Source of the DNA: Alphaproteobacteria bacterium
GTDB taxonomy: Bacteria; Pseudomonadota; Alphaproteobacteria; SMXQ01
Assembly (NCBI GenBank): GCA_035714115.1
Contig: DASTMO010000075.1
Coordinates: 10,291-74,290 of the forward strand
DNA length: 64,000 nt
Reading direction: 5' to 3'
The first letter of the stretch is position 1; the number at the start of each line of letters is the position of its first letter. The translations under genes and the position numbers were made by a program. Shown here piece after piece: positions 17,801 through 27,362 of the stretch. Below the pieces are notes generated by a model that made no database searches, had not been told where the DNA came from, and saw nothing but the letters and a program-made list of their open reading frames with translations.

Positions 17801-18268
17801 GCGATCGGAATTGACGATCGCCAGCGCCGCTTCAAAACCTTGCGTGCGGCGTATTTCGATTGTCTGCGTGAGCTCCCGAAGTTTGGCGGCCACATGCGTT
17901 CTCAATGCGGCGATTCTCGGCGTTTGAGCTGCGTTATCGCCGGTCAGTTCGGCAATCTTGTCGAGTTTGGAGGGAATGTTCTCCAAAGCCTCGCTGTACG
18001 GCTGAAGATACGCCTCGTTGTTCGTCAGCAGAAAACCGCGTTGTCCCGTCTCCGCATCTTGCGTGCTGGACAACAGCTCATCGAGCGCGACGATCACGGT
18101 ATGCGTGCGGACGACCTTCTCATTGCCCTCGCGCAAAGCTTCGAGGTTGAAATAGGCGACCGTGCCGCTAACGATAAAAAAGACCAGAGCGCCCGCTAGA
18201 CCTAGCGAGACAACAGGATCCAGCCCCAGTTTGCGCACTGAACTCTGTGGCATCGCGCTCTTTTGCAT
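14837..18268 (-). CDS. Hybrid sensor histidine kinase: TM, CHASE3 periplasmic sensor, TM, GAF, EELQ-repeat coiled coil, HisKA, HATPase_c, three receiver domains
   Basis: 1143 aa. Two TM helices flank a CHASE3 signature (ETGQRGFLLTNNEAYLQPY). H-box SHELRTPLNS. G-boxes. Three REC domains (VLLVVEDDDSF.., ILIVEDDIVQ.., ILVVEDDIRN..). Confidence 0.9.
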   Translation of the reverse strand: MQKSAMPQSSVRKLGLDPVVSLGLAGALVFFIVSGTVAYFNLEALREGNEKVVRTHTVIVALDELLSSTQDAETGQRGFLLTNNEAYLQPYSEALENIPSKLDKIAELTGDNAAQTPRIAALRTHVAAKLRELTQTIEIRRTQGFEAALAIVNSDRGKAEMDAIRAQLDAVAQEETSTRVKRLAEMKEAQATALASGLLSGLLGIFLTATIGFLTRRATLARRREEWLQKGQIELAAAMAGDQSIEQLGNNILEFLARYLGAVAGALFIGAGETFRRASTYGVPETANVPAKFHLRGGLLGQAAAENRPRVISEIPDGYIAFGSALGSDKPRHLAIVPNSVDGAVTSVIELGFLGPVDESMLALLDEASAPVAIAMRSANYRSELQNLLEETQRQSEELQTQSEELRVSNEELEEQGRALKESQARLEQQQAELEQTNSQLEEQTQQLELQKDDLERANISVQLKARELEQASQYKSDFLANMSHELRTPLNSSLILAKLLADNPDDNLTAEQVKYAQTIQSSGNDLLTLINDILDLSKIEAGHVDIKPESVAVERLAGNLRQLFQPVAQQKKLQFVVQIEPECPPLMDTDPLRLEQVLKNLLSNAFKFTETGKVSLSIRRASDERISFAVSDTGIGIAEGQQSHVFEAFHQADSTISRKYGGTGLGLSISRQLVRLLGGDFNLDSELGKGSTFTITVPVSYDPAKVVARNAQKSMPAPSGPKVETPQPALPGRIRKVEDDRAEQAGSKRVLLVVEDDDSFATILRDLSREMGFKSLVAGTAEEALNLAQHYMPNAIVLDVGLPDQSGLSVLDRLKQDVKTRHIPIHVVSASDQAETALSLGAIGYELKPVKREQLVDVLTRLNDRLSQRVRRILIVEDDIVQREAVAKLLTSHEVEAVTVGTAAECLAHLKEETFDCMVLDLSLPDASGYSLLETLSEGGPHSFPPVIVYTGRELSADDEQRLRRYSKSIIIKGAKSPERLLDEVSLFLHQVVSKLPDEHQRMIRKARSRDALLEGRRILVVEDDIRNVYALTNILEPRGAVVQIARNGQEALTVLEQSAKDPNAAIDLVLMDVMMPVMDGLTATREIRKNPLLKKLPVITLTAKAMPDDQQRCIDAGANDYMAKPLDVEKLLSLVRVWMPR
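16852..17122 (-). repeat. Low-complexity coding repeat encoding a Glu/Gln-rich heptad coiled coil (SEELQTQSEELRVSNEELEEQ...LEEQTQQLELQ)
   Basis: gagctg/cagctg/ctcttc motifs recur in the DNA. The translation is a roughly 90-residue EELQ-type repeat between the GAF and HisKA domains of the CHASE3 kinase. Confidence 0.7.
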
Positions 18269-18631
18269 ATTGGTCTCGTCAGCATTGAGGAATTGGGCAT
18301 GAAGACCTCATGCGGCGCGCATGCGAGTTCTCGCAGCATCGCCGAGACATGAAGCGTGAGGATTTAACGGTAGCGCGACGGTTTGGCGGGCATCGGTGAG
18401 TTACGTTTGGGATGCGAAAACGTTCCGTCACCCAACTGATTAAATGCATCCAAGGCGATCATGCTGAGTCAGAGGTGCTCAGGGAGCACATCCGACTGAT
18501 CAGCAAGATGCGCGATCATCAGATACGGACCAGAAGGAAAGCCATTCGGTTGCAGAAAAAGTCGGGGATTCCGAACCTGCGCAAGCTCCCGAAATCACGC
18601 ACAACCCATTGATATATAGTGATAATTAAGA

Positions 18632-18725
18632 TGGCGGAGGGGGTGGGCTTCGAACCCCGCCGGCCGCGCTGATGCGCGCGGCCGCCACTTCATAGCCAGT
18701 AGGTTCGAACCCACGCGATGCGCTG
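18632..18725 (-). repeat. Degenerate partial copies of the tRNA-Ser 3' end (T-arm and acceptor); possible att-site remnant
   Basis: tggcggagggggtgggcttcgaacccc (18632-18658) matches the 3' end of the adjacent tRNA-Ser with one mismatch. A second ggttcgaacccac fragment lies at 18702-18714. Confidence 0.55.
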
Positions 18726-18739
18726 ATCAAAAGGGGAAA

Positions 18740-18829
18740 TGGCGGAGGGGGTGGGATTCGAACCCACGGTACCCTCGCGGGCACAACGGTTTTCGAGACC
18801 GCCCCGATCGACCACTCTGGCACCCCTCC
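18740..18829 (-). tRNA. tRNA-Ser (anticodon CGA)
   Basis: The reverse complement folds as a class II tRNA of 90 nt. Acceptor GGAGGGG, long variable arm, anticodon stem GCGGU/ACCGU with loop CUCGAAA, T-arm GTGGGTTCGAATCCCAC, encoded CCA. Confidence 0.85.
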
Positions 18830-19169
18830 GCAGGGATCCGCCGGCCCGCGAAACGTCCGCAAAACGCGGACCGGGCCAGCCCATCGGCTCGCATAGCAAG
18901 CCAAGGACGATCAAGGGCGCGGACACTAACCGACCTGCCTCCTCGATGTAAATGGGCGATGCGACCGAAACGCCGACGTTTTCGGCAAAAAGACCTGGAT
19001 TTATACCGGGATAAGCCGGGGCGGCCGCATTGGCAGGCGACACCTATATATAGGGGGCTTGCCGGAGCCGCCCCCAAGGGCGGGCCGACGCCGCCGCTGG
19101 GGGACGAAAAAGGGCGGAAATCCGCGATTTTTCAAGGAGTCGCCCGGTTCCGGCATGGGGCGAAATCGG

Positions 19170-19198
19170 TTGACTCATGGGGGGCCGTCTATATATTT
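19170..19198 (+). promoter_or_regulatory. Candidate sigma70-type promoter for rplU-rpmA
   Basis: TTGACT, a 16-17 nt spacer, then TATATT/ATATTT, about 80 bp upstream of rplU. Confidence 0.3.
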
Positions 19199-19277
19199 CG
19201 CGCTCTTTCGCGAATTCGCAGCGGCGCGACCGGGCATTGCCGGGCGCGCAGACCTTTGGAAGAACAGGATAATCGAT

Positions 19278-19742
19278 ATGTTCGCGGTCATCCGCACCGG
19301 CGGCAAGCAGTACAAAGTCGCCCAGAACGACGTCATCATCGTCGAGAAGTTGCTGGCCGAAGCTGGCGACGACATCGACTTCACCGACGTCCTCGCGCTC
19401 AATGACGGCTCCGTCACGACCTTCGGCAAGCCCGGCGTCGCCGGCGCCCTCGTCACCGCCGAGGTGCTCGAGCAAGCTCGTGGCGACAAGGTCATCATCT
19501 TCAAGAAGCGCCGTCGCCAGAACTACCGCCGCAAGAACGGCCATCGTCAGGATCTGACGGTCGTGCGCATCACCGGCATCCTCGCCGACGCCTCCAAGCG
19601 TCCGGAGAAGAAGGCCAAGGCCGCCAAGCCGGCTGCCGAAAAGACTGCGGCGCCGGCCAAGAAGGCGCCCGCCGCGAAGAAAGCTCCCGCCAAGAAGGCC
19701 GCGGCTAAGAAAGCCGCCGCGCCCAAGGCGAAGAAGTCGTAA
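19278..19742 (+). CDS. rplU: 50S ribosomal protein L21 with a Lys/Ala/Pro-rich C-terminal extension
   Basis: [25 protein letters not shown] is the L21 core. The tail [46 protein letters not shown] follows. Confidence 0.9.
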   Translation: MFAVIRTGGKQYKVAQNDVIIVEKLLAEAGDDIDFTDVLALNDGSVTTFGKPGVAGALVTAEVLEQARGDKVIIFKKRRRQNYRRKNGHRQDLTVVRITGILADASKRPEKKAKAAKPAAEKTAAPAKKAPAAKKAPAKKAAAKKAAAPKAKKS

Positions 19743-19754
19743 GGAACAGAGAAC

Positions 19755-20012
19755 ATGGCTCACAAAAAAGCAGGCGGTAGCTCCCGCAACGGTCGCGACT
19801 CCGAAGGCCGTCGCCTCGGCGTGAAGCTGTTCGGCGGCCAGATCGCCGAGCCCGGCAACATCGTGATCCGTCAGCGCGGCACGAAGTACCATCCCGGCGC
19901 GAACGTCGGCATGGGCCGCGACCACACGATCTTCGCGACCATCGAAGGCGTCGTGACCTTCCAGCGCAAAGAAAAAGACCGCATGTACGTGTCGGTCCAG
20001 CCGCGCGGGTAA
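19755..20012 (+). CDS. rpmA: 50S ribosomal protein L27
   Basis: [24 protein letters not shown]... is the canonical L27. Confidence 0.95.
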   Translation: MAHKKAGGSSRNGRDSEGRRLGVKLFGGQIAEPGNIVIRQRGTKYHPGANVGMGRDHTIFATIEGVVTFQRKEKDRMYVSVQPRG

Positions 20013-20055
20013 GTCCCGCCGGCCTATTCCCTGTCGGCAGGGATTGAGCTTTAAA

Positions 20056-20090
20056 GAAGGGGAATGGTCCGCCATTCCCCTTCTTTTTTG
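20056..20090 (+). terminator. Rho-independent terminator after rpmA
   Basis: aaggggaatggtccgccattcccctt stem followed by cttttttg. Confidence 0.8.
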
Positions 20091-20112
20091 TTCTGAGACA
20101 TCTGCAATTTGA

Positions 20113-22322
<2,210 letters not shown>

Positions 22323-22337
22323 GCCTGCGAGATCTTC

Positions 22338-23612
22338 ATGACCGTCGCAACTGCCAATAGCGAAACTCCCACCGCTCTGATCGCTCGCCTCGCCAAGGAC
22401 GCGCGCGACGCTTCGCGCGCCTTGGCCCGCGCCACGGCGGAGCAGAAGAACAAAGCGTTGAGCGCCGCCGCCGCCGCGATCCGCGCGGCCAAGACCGAGA
22501 TTCTGCAAGCCAACGCCGAAGACATGCAGGCCGCCGGCGATCTGTCCTCCGCTATGCTCGACCGCCTCGAATTGAACGATGCGCGCGTCGAAGCCATGGC
22601 CAAAGGCCTGGAAGAGATCGCTGCGCTGAAAGATCCCGTCGGCGACGTGATCGCCGAATGGACGCGGCCCAACGGCCTGAGAATCTCGCGTGTGCGCGTG
22701 CCGCTCGGCGTCATCGGCGTGATCTACGAATCGCGCCCTAACGTCACCGCCGACGCGGCGGCCCTGACGCTGAAATCCGGCAACGCGGTGATCCTGCGCG
22801 GAGGCTCGGAGAGCTTCCGCAGCAGCAAGGTGATTCTCGAAGCGCTGCAGGCGGGTGTGAAATCCGCCGGCCTGCCCGCCGCCTGCGTGCAGTCGATCCC
22901 GACGACCGACCGCGCCGCCGTCGGCGCCATGCTGGCGGCCGCCGGCTTGATCGACATCATCGTACCGCGCGGCGGCAAGTCGCTGATCGAGCGCGTCATC
23001 GCCGACAGCAAGGTGCCGGTGATCAAGCATCTCGAGGGCAACTGCCACGTCTATATCGACGGCGACGCCAATCTGGAAATGGCGCGCAAGATCGTCATGA
23101 ACGCCAAGATGCGCCGCACCGGCGTCTGCGGCGCCGCCGAGACGCTGCTGATCGACATGCGCGCGCTGGCCAGCCACGGCAAGATCATCGTCGACGACCT
23201 GATCGCGGCGGGCTGCGAAGTGCGCGGCGACGACAAGGTGCAGAAGATCCACCACGGCGTGAAGCCGGCCAGCGAGGCCGATTGGGGCACTGAATATCTC
23301 GACGCCATCATCGCCGCCAAGGTGGTGGATGGCGTCGACGATGCCATCGCCCATATCCGCCAATATGGCTCGCAGCACACCGAATCGATCGTCACCGACG
23401 ACATTCCCACCGCCGAGAAATTCCTGGCGGAAGTGGACAGCGCCATCGTGCTGCACAATGCCTCGACTCAGTTCGCCGACGGCGGCGAGTTCGGCTTCGG
23501 CGGCGAGATCGGCATCTCGACCGACAAGCTGCACGCGCGCGGCCCGGTCGGCGTCGAGCAGCTGACCAGCTACAAATATGTTATCCACGGCGCCGGCCAG
23601 GTTCGCCCGTGA
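22338..23612 (+). CDS. proA: Gamma-glutamyl phosphate reductase
   Basis: Aldehyde-dehydrogenase-family ProA sequence ([10 protein letters not shown]...CNAxExLLI). Confidence 0.9.
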   Translation: MTVATANSETPTALIARLAKDARDASRALARATAEQKNKALSAAAAAIRAAKTEILQANAEDMQAAGDLSSAMLDRLELNDARVEAMAKGLEEIAALKDPVGDVIAEWTRPNGLRISRVRVPLGVIGVIYESRPNVTADAAALTLKSGNAVILRGGSESFRSSKVILEALQAGVKSAGLPAACVQSIPTTDRAAVGAMLAAAGLIDIIVPRGGKSLIERVIADSKVPVIKHLEGNCHVYIDGDANLEMARKIVMNAKMRRTGVCGAAETLLIDMRALASHGKIIVDDLIAAGCEVRGDDKVQKIHHGVKPASEADWGTEYLDAIIAAKVVDGVDDAIAHIRQYGSQHTESIVTDDIPTAEKFLAEVDSAIVLHNASTQFADGGEFGFGGEIGISTDKLHARGPVGVEQLTSYKYVIHGAGQVRP

Positions 23613-23628
23613 AAATGGCTCGCCCCTG

Positions 23629-24264
23629 ATGAAAGCGCCTGCCCCGCCTCTTTCAGCGCCCGCGTTGGCGGGCCTGCGCGTCGGCCTGCTCGGCGGCTCG
23701 TTCAATCCGGCGCACGAAGGCCATCTGCATATCAGCCTCTTGGCCCTGAAATATCTGCAGCTCGACGAACTGTGGTGGATGGTCTCGCCGCAGAACCCGC
23801 TGAAATCGAAGGCTGACATGGCGCCGTTCGGCGAGCGCCTCGCTTCGGCCCGCGCCATGGCGCGCCATCCACGCATCCTGGCGACCGACCTGGAGACGCG
23901 GCTGAACACGCGCTACACGGCGGACACGCTGCATGCGCTCAAGCGCCGCTATCCGCGCACCCATTTCGTCTGGATCATGGGCGCGGACAATCTGGCGCAA
24001 ATCCCGAAATGGGAACGTTGGTCCGAAATCTTCGCCAGTGTGCCGGTTGCGATTTTCGACCGTGGAACTTATGTTTTCCCCGCTTTGGCCGGCAAAGCCG
24101 CGAGACGTTACGGGGCCAAGCGCGTTAGCGTCGAGAATGCCGCGCGATTGGCCAAAGCGACGCCGCCGGCCTGGGCCTATTTCCATATTCGCCGGCATCC
24201 GGCTTCGGCGACCAGCATCCGAGCTGGCCGTCGGGTGGCCGGACGTTTCGGCAAGACCGCTTAG
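23629..24264 (+). CDS. nadD: Nicotinate-nucleotide adenylyltransferase
   Basis: GGSFNPAHEGH (H/T-x-G-H) nucleotidyltransferase motif. The likely start is Met at 23629; the track ORF begins at 23578. Confidence 0.85.
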   Translation: MKAPAPPLSAPALAGLRVGLLGGSFNPAHEGHLHISLLALKYLQLDELWWMVSPQNPLKSKADMAPFGERLASARAMARHPRILATDLETRLNTRYTADTLHALKRRYPRTHFVWIMGADNLAQIPKWERWSEIFASVPVAIFDRGTYVFPALAGKAARRYGAKRVSVENAARLAKATPPAWAYFHIRRHPASATSIRAGRRVAGRFGKTA

Positions 24265-24273
24265 AACCTCAAG

Positions 24274-25122
24274 GTGACGATCATTCCCGCTCCCAAGAAG
24301 ACCAAAGCCGCCCAGAAGAGCACCGCGAAGAAGGCCGCGAGCAAGAAAGCCGCGCCGAAAAAGCCGGTGAAGAAGGCCGTGGCGAAGAAGACCGCTCCAG
24401 CGAAGAAGGTCGTGGCCAAGAAGGTTGCCGCGAAGACCTCCGCGAAAAAGACCGCCGCCAAGAAGAGCGCGGTCAAGAAGGCGGTCGCAAAGAAAGTCGT
24501 GGCGAAGAAAGCCGCGGCGAAAAAGGTCGTCGCGCCGAAGAAGGCTGCGCTGAAGACGAGCGCGCCCGCGAAGAAGCCTGTCGCCAACAAGACTGTTGCG
24601 CCAAAGGCCGCTGCGCCGAAAGTCAGCGCGCCGAAAAAGCCCGCGAAGCCCTTGTCGCCGGTCGAGCAATTGCTCGCCCAGGTCACGCAGATCCTGGAAG
24701 ACGGCAAGGCCGAGGACATCGTCGCCATCGACATGACCGGCAAATCCGCCATCGCCGACTACATGGTCGTCGCCACCGGCCGTTCGCAGCGCCAATTGGC
24801 CGCGCTCGCCGAACATCTGCGCGCTCAGCTCAAGCTCGGTGGGCGCCGTCTGCCGCAGCCCGAAGGCCTCGGCCAGGGCGATTGGGTGCTGCTCGATGTC
24901 GGCGACATCATCGTCCATCTGTTCCGCCCGGAAGTGCGCGGCGAATACAATCTCGAGAAGATGTGGAGCCAGCCGTTCGGCGCCGAGCCGACGGGCATGG
25001 AAGGCATGGTGAAAGACCATGCCGTGCCGACGCCCCATGCCGAGCGTATGGCCGAGCAGCAGGTGAAGACCTTCCGCCCGGACTTCCGCGGCCGTAACAG
25101 CCATAAACCTCGCCGCCGTTAA
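24274..25122 (+). CDS. rsfS: Ribosomal silencing factor RsfS (Iojap) fused to a ~140-aa N-terminal Lys/Ala-rich histone-H1-like repeat region and carrying a C-terminal extension
   Basis: The central DUF143/RsfS core (EDIVAIDMTGKSAIADYMVVATGRSQRQ...VLLDVGDIIVHLF) is preceded by AKKAA/KKPV-type repeats (residues ~1-140) in the same open frame. Confidence 0.8.
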   Translation: MTIIPAPKKTKAAQKSTAKKAASKKAAPKKPVKKAVAKKTAPAKKVVAKKVAAKTSAKKTAAKKSAVKKAVAKKVVAKKAAAKKVVAPKKAALKTSAPAKKPVANKTVAPKAAAPKVSAPKKPAKPLSPVEQLLAQVTQILEDGKAEDIVAIDMTGKSAIADYMVVATGRSQRQLAALAEHLRAQLKLGGRRLPQPEGLGQGDWVLLDVGDIIVHLFRPEVRGEYNLEKMWSQPFGAEPTGMEGMVKDHAVPTPHAERMAEQQVKTFRPDFRGRNSHKPRRR

Positions 25123-25145
25123 GGCGCCCCAGTCCAGGCAACAGC

Positions 25146-25601
25146 ATGCGGGTCACCATTCTTGCCGTCGGCAAGGCCAAGGCCGGCCCGCAGCGCGAGC
25201 TTTACGACCACTATGTCGGCCGCTTGCGCTGGCCGCTCCGCCTGATCGAGGTCGAGGAGAAGCGCAAGCTGGCCGCCGACGCGCTCAAGACGCGCGAGGC
25301 CGAACTGCTGCTCGCGCAATTGCCCGCCGGGGCCAAGCTTTGCGCCCTCGACGAGCATGGCACGGCGGCCTCCAGCGCCGATTTCGCCGGCTGGCTGCGC
25401 CAATGGCAGGATCAGGGATCGGACGTCGCCTTCGCGATTGGTGGCGCTGATGGCCATGGCCCGGCCCTGCTGGCGCGCGCCGATCGCAAGCTGGCGCTGG
25501 GCGCGCTGACCTGGCCGCATATGCTGGTGCGCGGCCTGCTCGCCGAGCAGATTTACCGCGCCCAGCAAATCCTCGCCGGACACCCCTATCACCGCGAGTA
25601 G
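25146..25601 (+). CDS. rlmH: 23S rRNA (pseudouridine1915-N3)-methyltransferase RlmH
   Basis: SPOUT-fold RlmH sequence, 151 aa, in the conserved position after rsfS. Confidence 0.9.
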   Translation: MRVTILAVGKAKAGPQRELYDHYVGRLRWPLRLIEVEEKRKLAADALKTREAELLLAQLPAGAKLCALDEHGTAASSADFAGWLRQWQDQGSDVAFAIGGADGHGPALLARADRKLALGALTWPHMLVRGLLAEQIYRAQQILAGHPYHRE

Positions 25602-25761
25602 TGCTGCGGAAAAAAGGGCGGAACTTGGGCCCAAGTTTGGGCCGAAGTCCGCATTCCACTCGCCTCAACCCTACCGATTCACCCTTTGATGGCCTATATT
25701 GTAGGGAATTGACGGCCCATTTGGCCGTTCATCCCCCATTCCCGCCGTCCAAGGCCGCCCG

Positions 25762-27357
25762 ATGAACGATATGAGCCCCGACAAAAGCCGAACCCGCCGC
25801 CCCGTGGTGCTGTGCGTGCTCGACGGCTGGGGTTATCGCGGCGACAAGCTGATGGCCGACGACGCCATCCGCAACGCCAAGACGCCGAACCTCTGCGCTC
25901 TCGGCGAAAGCTCGCCGCACGGCCTGCTGAACGCCTCCGAACTGTTCGTCGGCCTGCCCACCGGCCAGATGGGCAATTCGGAAGTCGGCCATATGAACCT
26001 CGGCGCCGGGCGCGTCGTGATGCAGGAGCTGCCGCGCATCGACGCCGCCATCGCCGACGGCTCGCTGAAAGTCAGTCCGGTGCTCGCCGACTTCGTCGCC
26101 AAGCTGAAAGCCTCGGGCGGCGTCTGCCACCTGATGGGCTTGATCTCGGACGGCGGCGTGCATTCGCACCAGGATCAGATCGCCGCGCTGGCGCGCTATG
26201 TCGGCGAGGCCGGCGTGAAGGTCGTCGTGCATGCCTTCCTCGACGGGCGCGACACGCCGCCGTCGAGCGCCAAGGGCTTCGTCGAGAAGTTCGAGACCGA
26301 CATCCACGGCAAAGCCGCCATCGGTACCGTCTCAGGCCGCTACTACGCGATGGATCGCGACAAGCGCTGGGACCGCGTCGAGCTTGCTTACAAGGCGCTG
26401 ATGTTCGCCGAAGGCCAAACGGCCGCCGAGGCGCAGACCGCCATCGATATTTCCTACGCCGCCGGCAAGACCGACGAGTTTATGCTGCCGACCATCCTGC
26501 CCGGCTATGAAGGCATGAAGGACGGCGACGGCATTCTCATGGGCAACTTCCGCGCCGACCGCGCGCGCGAGATTCTCGCCGCCCTGCTCGATCCGGCGTT
26601 CGACGGCTTCGCCCGCGCCAAGACGCCGCGCTTTGCCGCAGCGCTCGGCCTCGTCGAGTACTCCTCCTCGCTCGGCAAGCTGATGGGCGTGCTGTTCCCG
26701 GCGACGCCGCTCAGCCATATCCTCGGCGAAGTGCTCGCCGCCGCCGGCAAGACGCAGCTGCGCATCGCCGAGACCGAGAAGTACGCGCATGTGACGTTCT
26801 TCTTCAACGGCGGCGAAGAGAAGCAATTTCCCGGCGAAGAGCGCATCCTCGTCGCTTCGCCCAAGGTCGCGACCTACGATCTGCAGCCGGAAATGTCGGC
26901 GCCTGAAGTGACCGACAAGCTCGTCGCCGCCATTGAGTCGGACAAATTCGACTTCGTGCTGGTGAACTACGCCAACACCGACATGGTCGGCCATAGCGGC
27001 ATTTTCGATGCCGCCGTTAAGGCTGTCGAAGCGGTCGACGCCTGCATCGGCCGCCTCGCCGCCGCCGTGAAAAAGATGAACGGCGCGCTGATCATCACCG
27101 CCGATCATGGCAATGCCGAGATGATGAGCGATCCGATGACGCATCAGCCGCACACCGCGCACACGACCAATCTGGTGCCGATGCTGCTGGTCAATGCGCC
27201 CGAAGTGGCAAAGATCGCCGACGGCGGCGCCCTCGCCGATGTCGCGCCGACCGTGCTCGATCTCATGGGCCTGCCGCAGCCTAAAGAGATGACCGGCCAT
27301 TCGCTGCTCATCAAGGCCGGCGGGGCGATGGCCCGCGCCGACCGCGTGACCGCCTAA
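25762..27357 (+). CDS. gpmI: 2,3-bisphosphoglycerate-independent phosphoglycerate mutase
   Basis: VLCVLDGWG...GNSEVGHMNLGAGR is the iPGM signature. 531 aa. Confidence 0.95.
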   Translation: MNDMSPDKSRTRRPVVLCVLDGWGYRGDKLMADDAIRNAKTPNLCALGESSPHGLLNASELFVGLPTGQMGNSEVGHMNLGAGRVVMQELPRIDAAIADGSLKVSPVLADFVAKLKASGGVCHLMGLISDGGVHSHQDQIAALARYVGEAGVKVVVHAFLDGRDTPPSSAKGFVEKFETDIHGKAAIGTVSGRYYAMDRDKRWDRVELAYKALMFAEGQTAAEAQTAIDISYAAGKTDEFMLPTILPGYEGMKDGDGILMGNFRADRAREILAALLDPAFDGFARAKTPRFAAALGLVEYSSSLGKLMGVLFPATPLSHILGEVLAAAGKTQLRIAETEKYAHVTFFFNGGEEKQFPGEERILVASPKVATYDLQPEMSAPEVTDKLVAAIESDKFDFVLVNYANTDMVGHSGIFDAAVKAVEAVDACIGRLAAAVKKMNGALIITADHGNAEMMSDPMTHQPHTAHTTNLVPMLLVNAPEVAKIADGGALADVAPTVLDLMGLPQPKEMTGHSLLIKAGGAMARADRVTA

Positions 27358-27362
27358 AGCTC

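Noticed and set aside
18412-18612. 66-aa ORF in the low-GC spacer near tRNA-Ser
   Set aside because: No RBS and no recognisable domain. It sits in a probable promoter or scar region. It may be a remnant but is not supportable as a gene.
18632-18725. Possible second intact tRNA gene
   Set aside because: The T-arm stems carry mismatches and no complete cloverleaf can be drawn. It is treated as degenerate fragments of tRNA-Ser, not a functional tRNA.
24261-24752. 163-aa minus-strand hydrophobic ORF
   Set aside because: It is the reverse-complement reading of the AAGAAGGCC lysine codon repeats of the RsfS N-terminus (a Phe/Ala/Leu mirror), not an independent gene.
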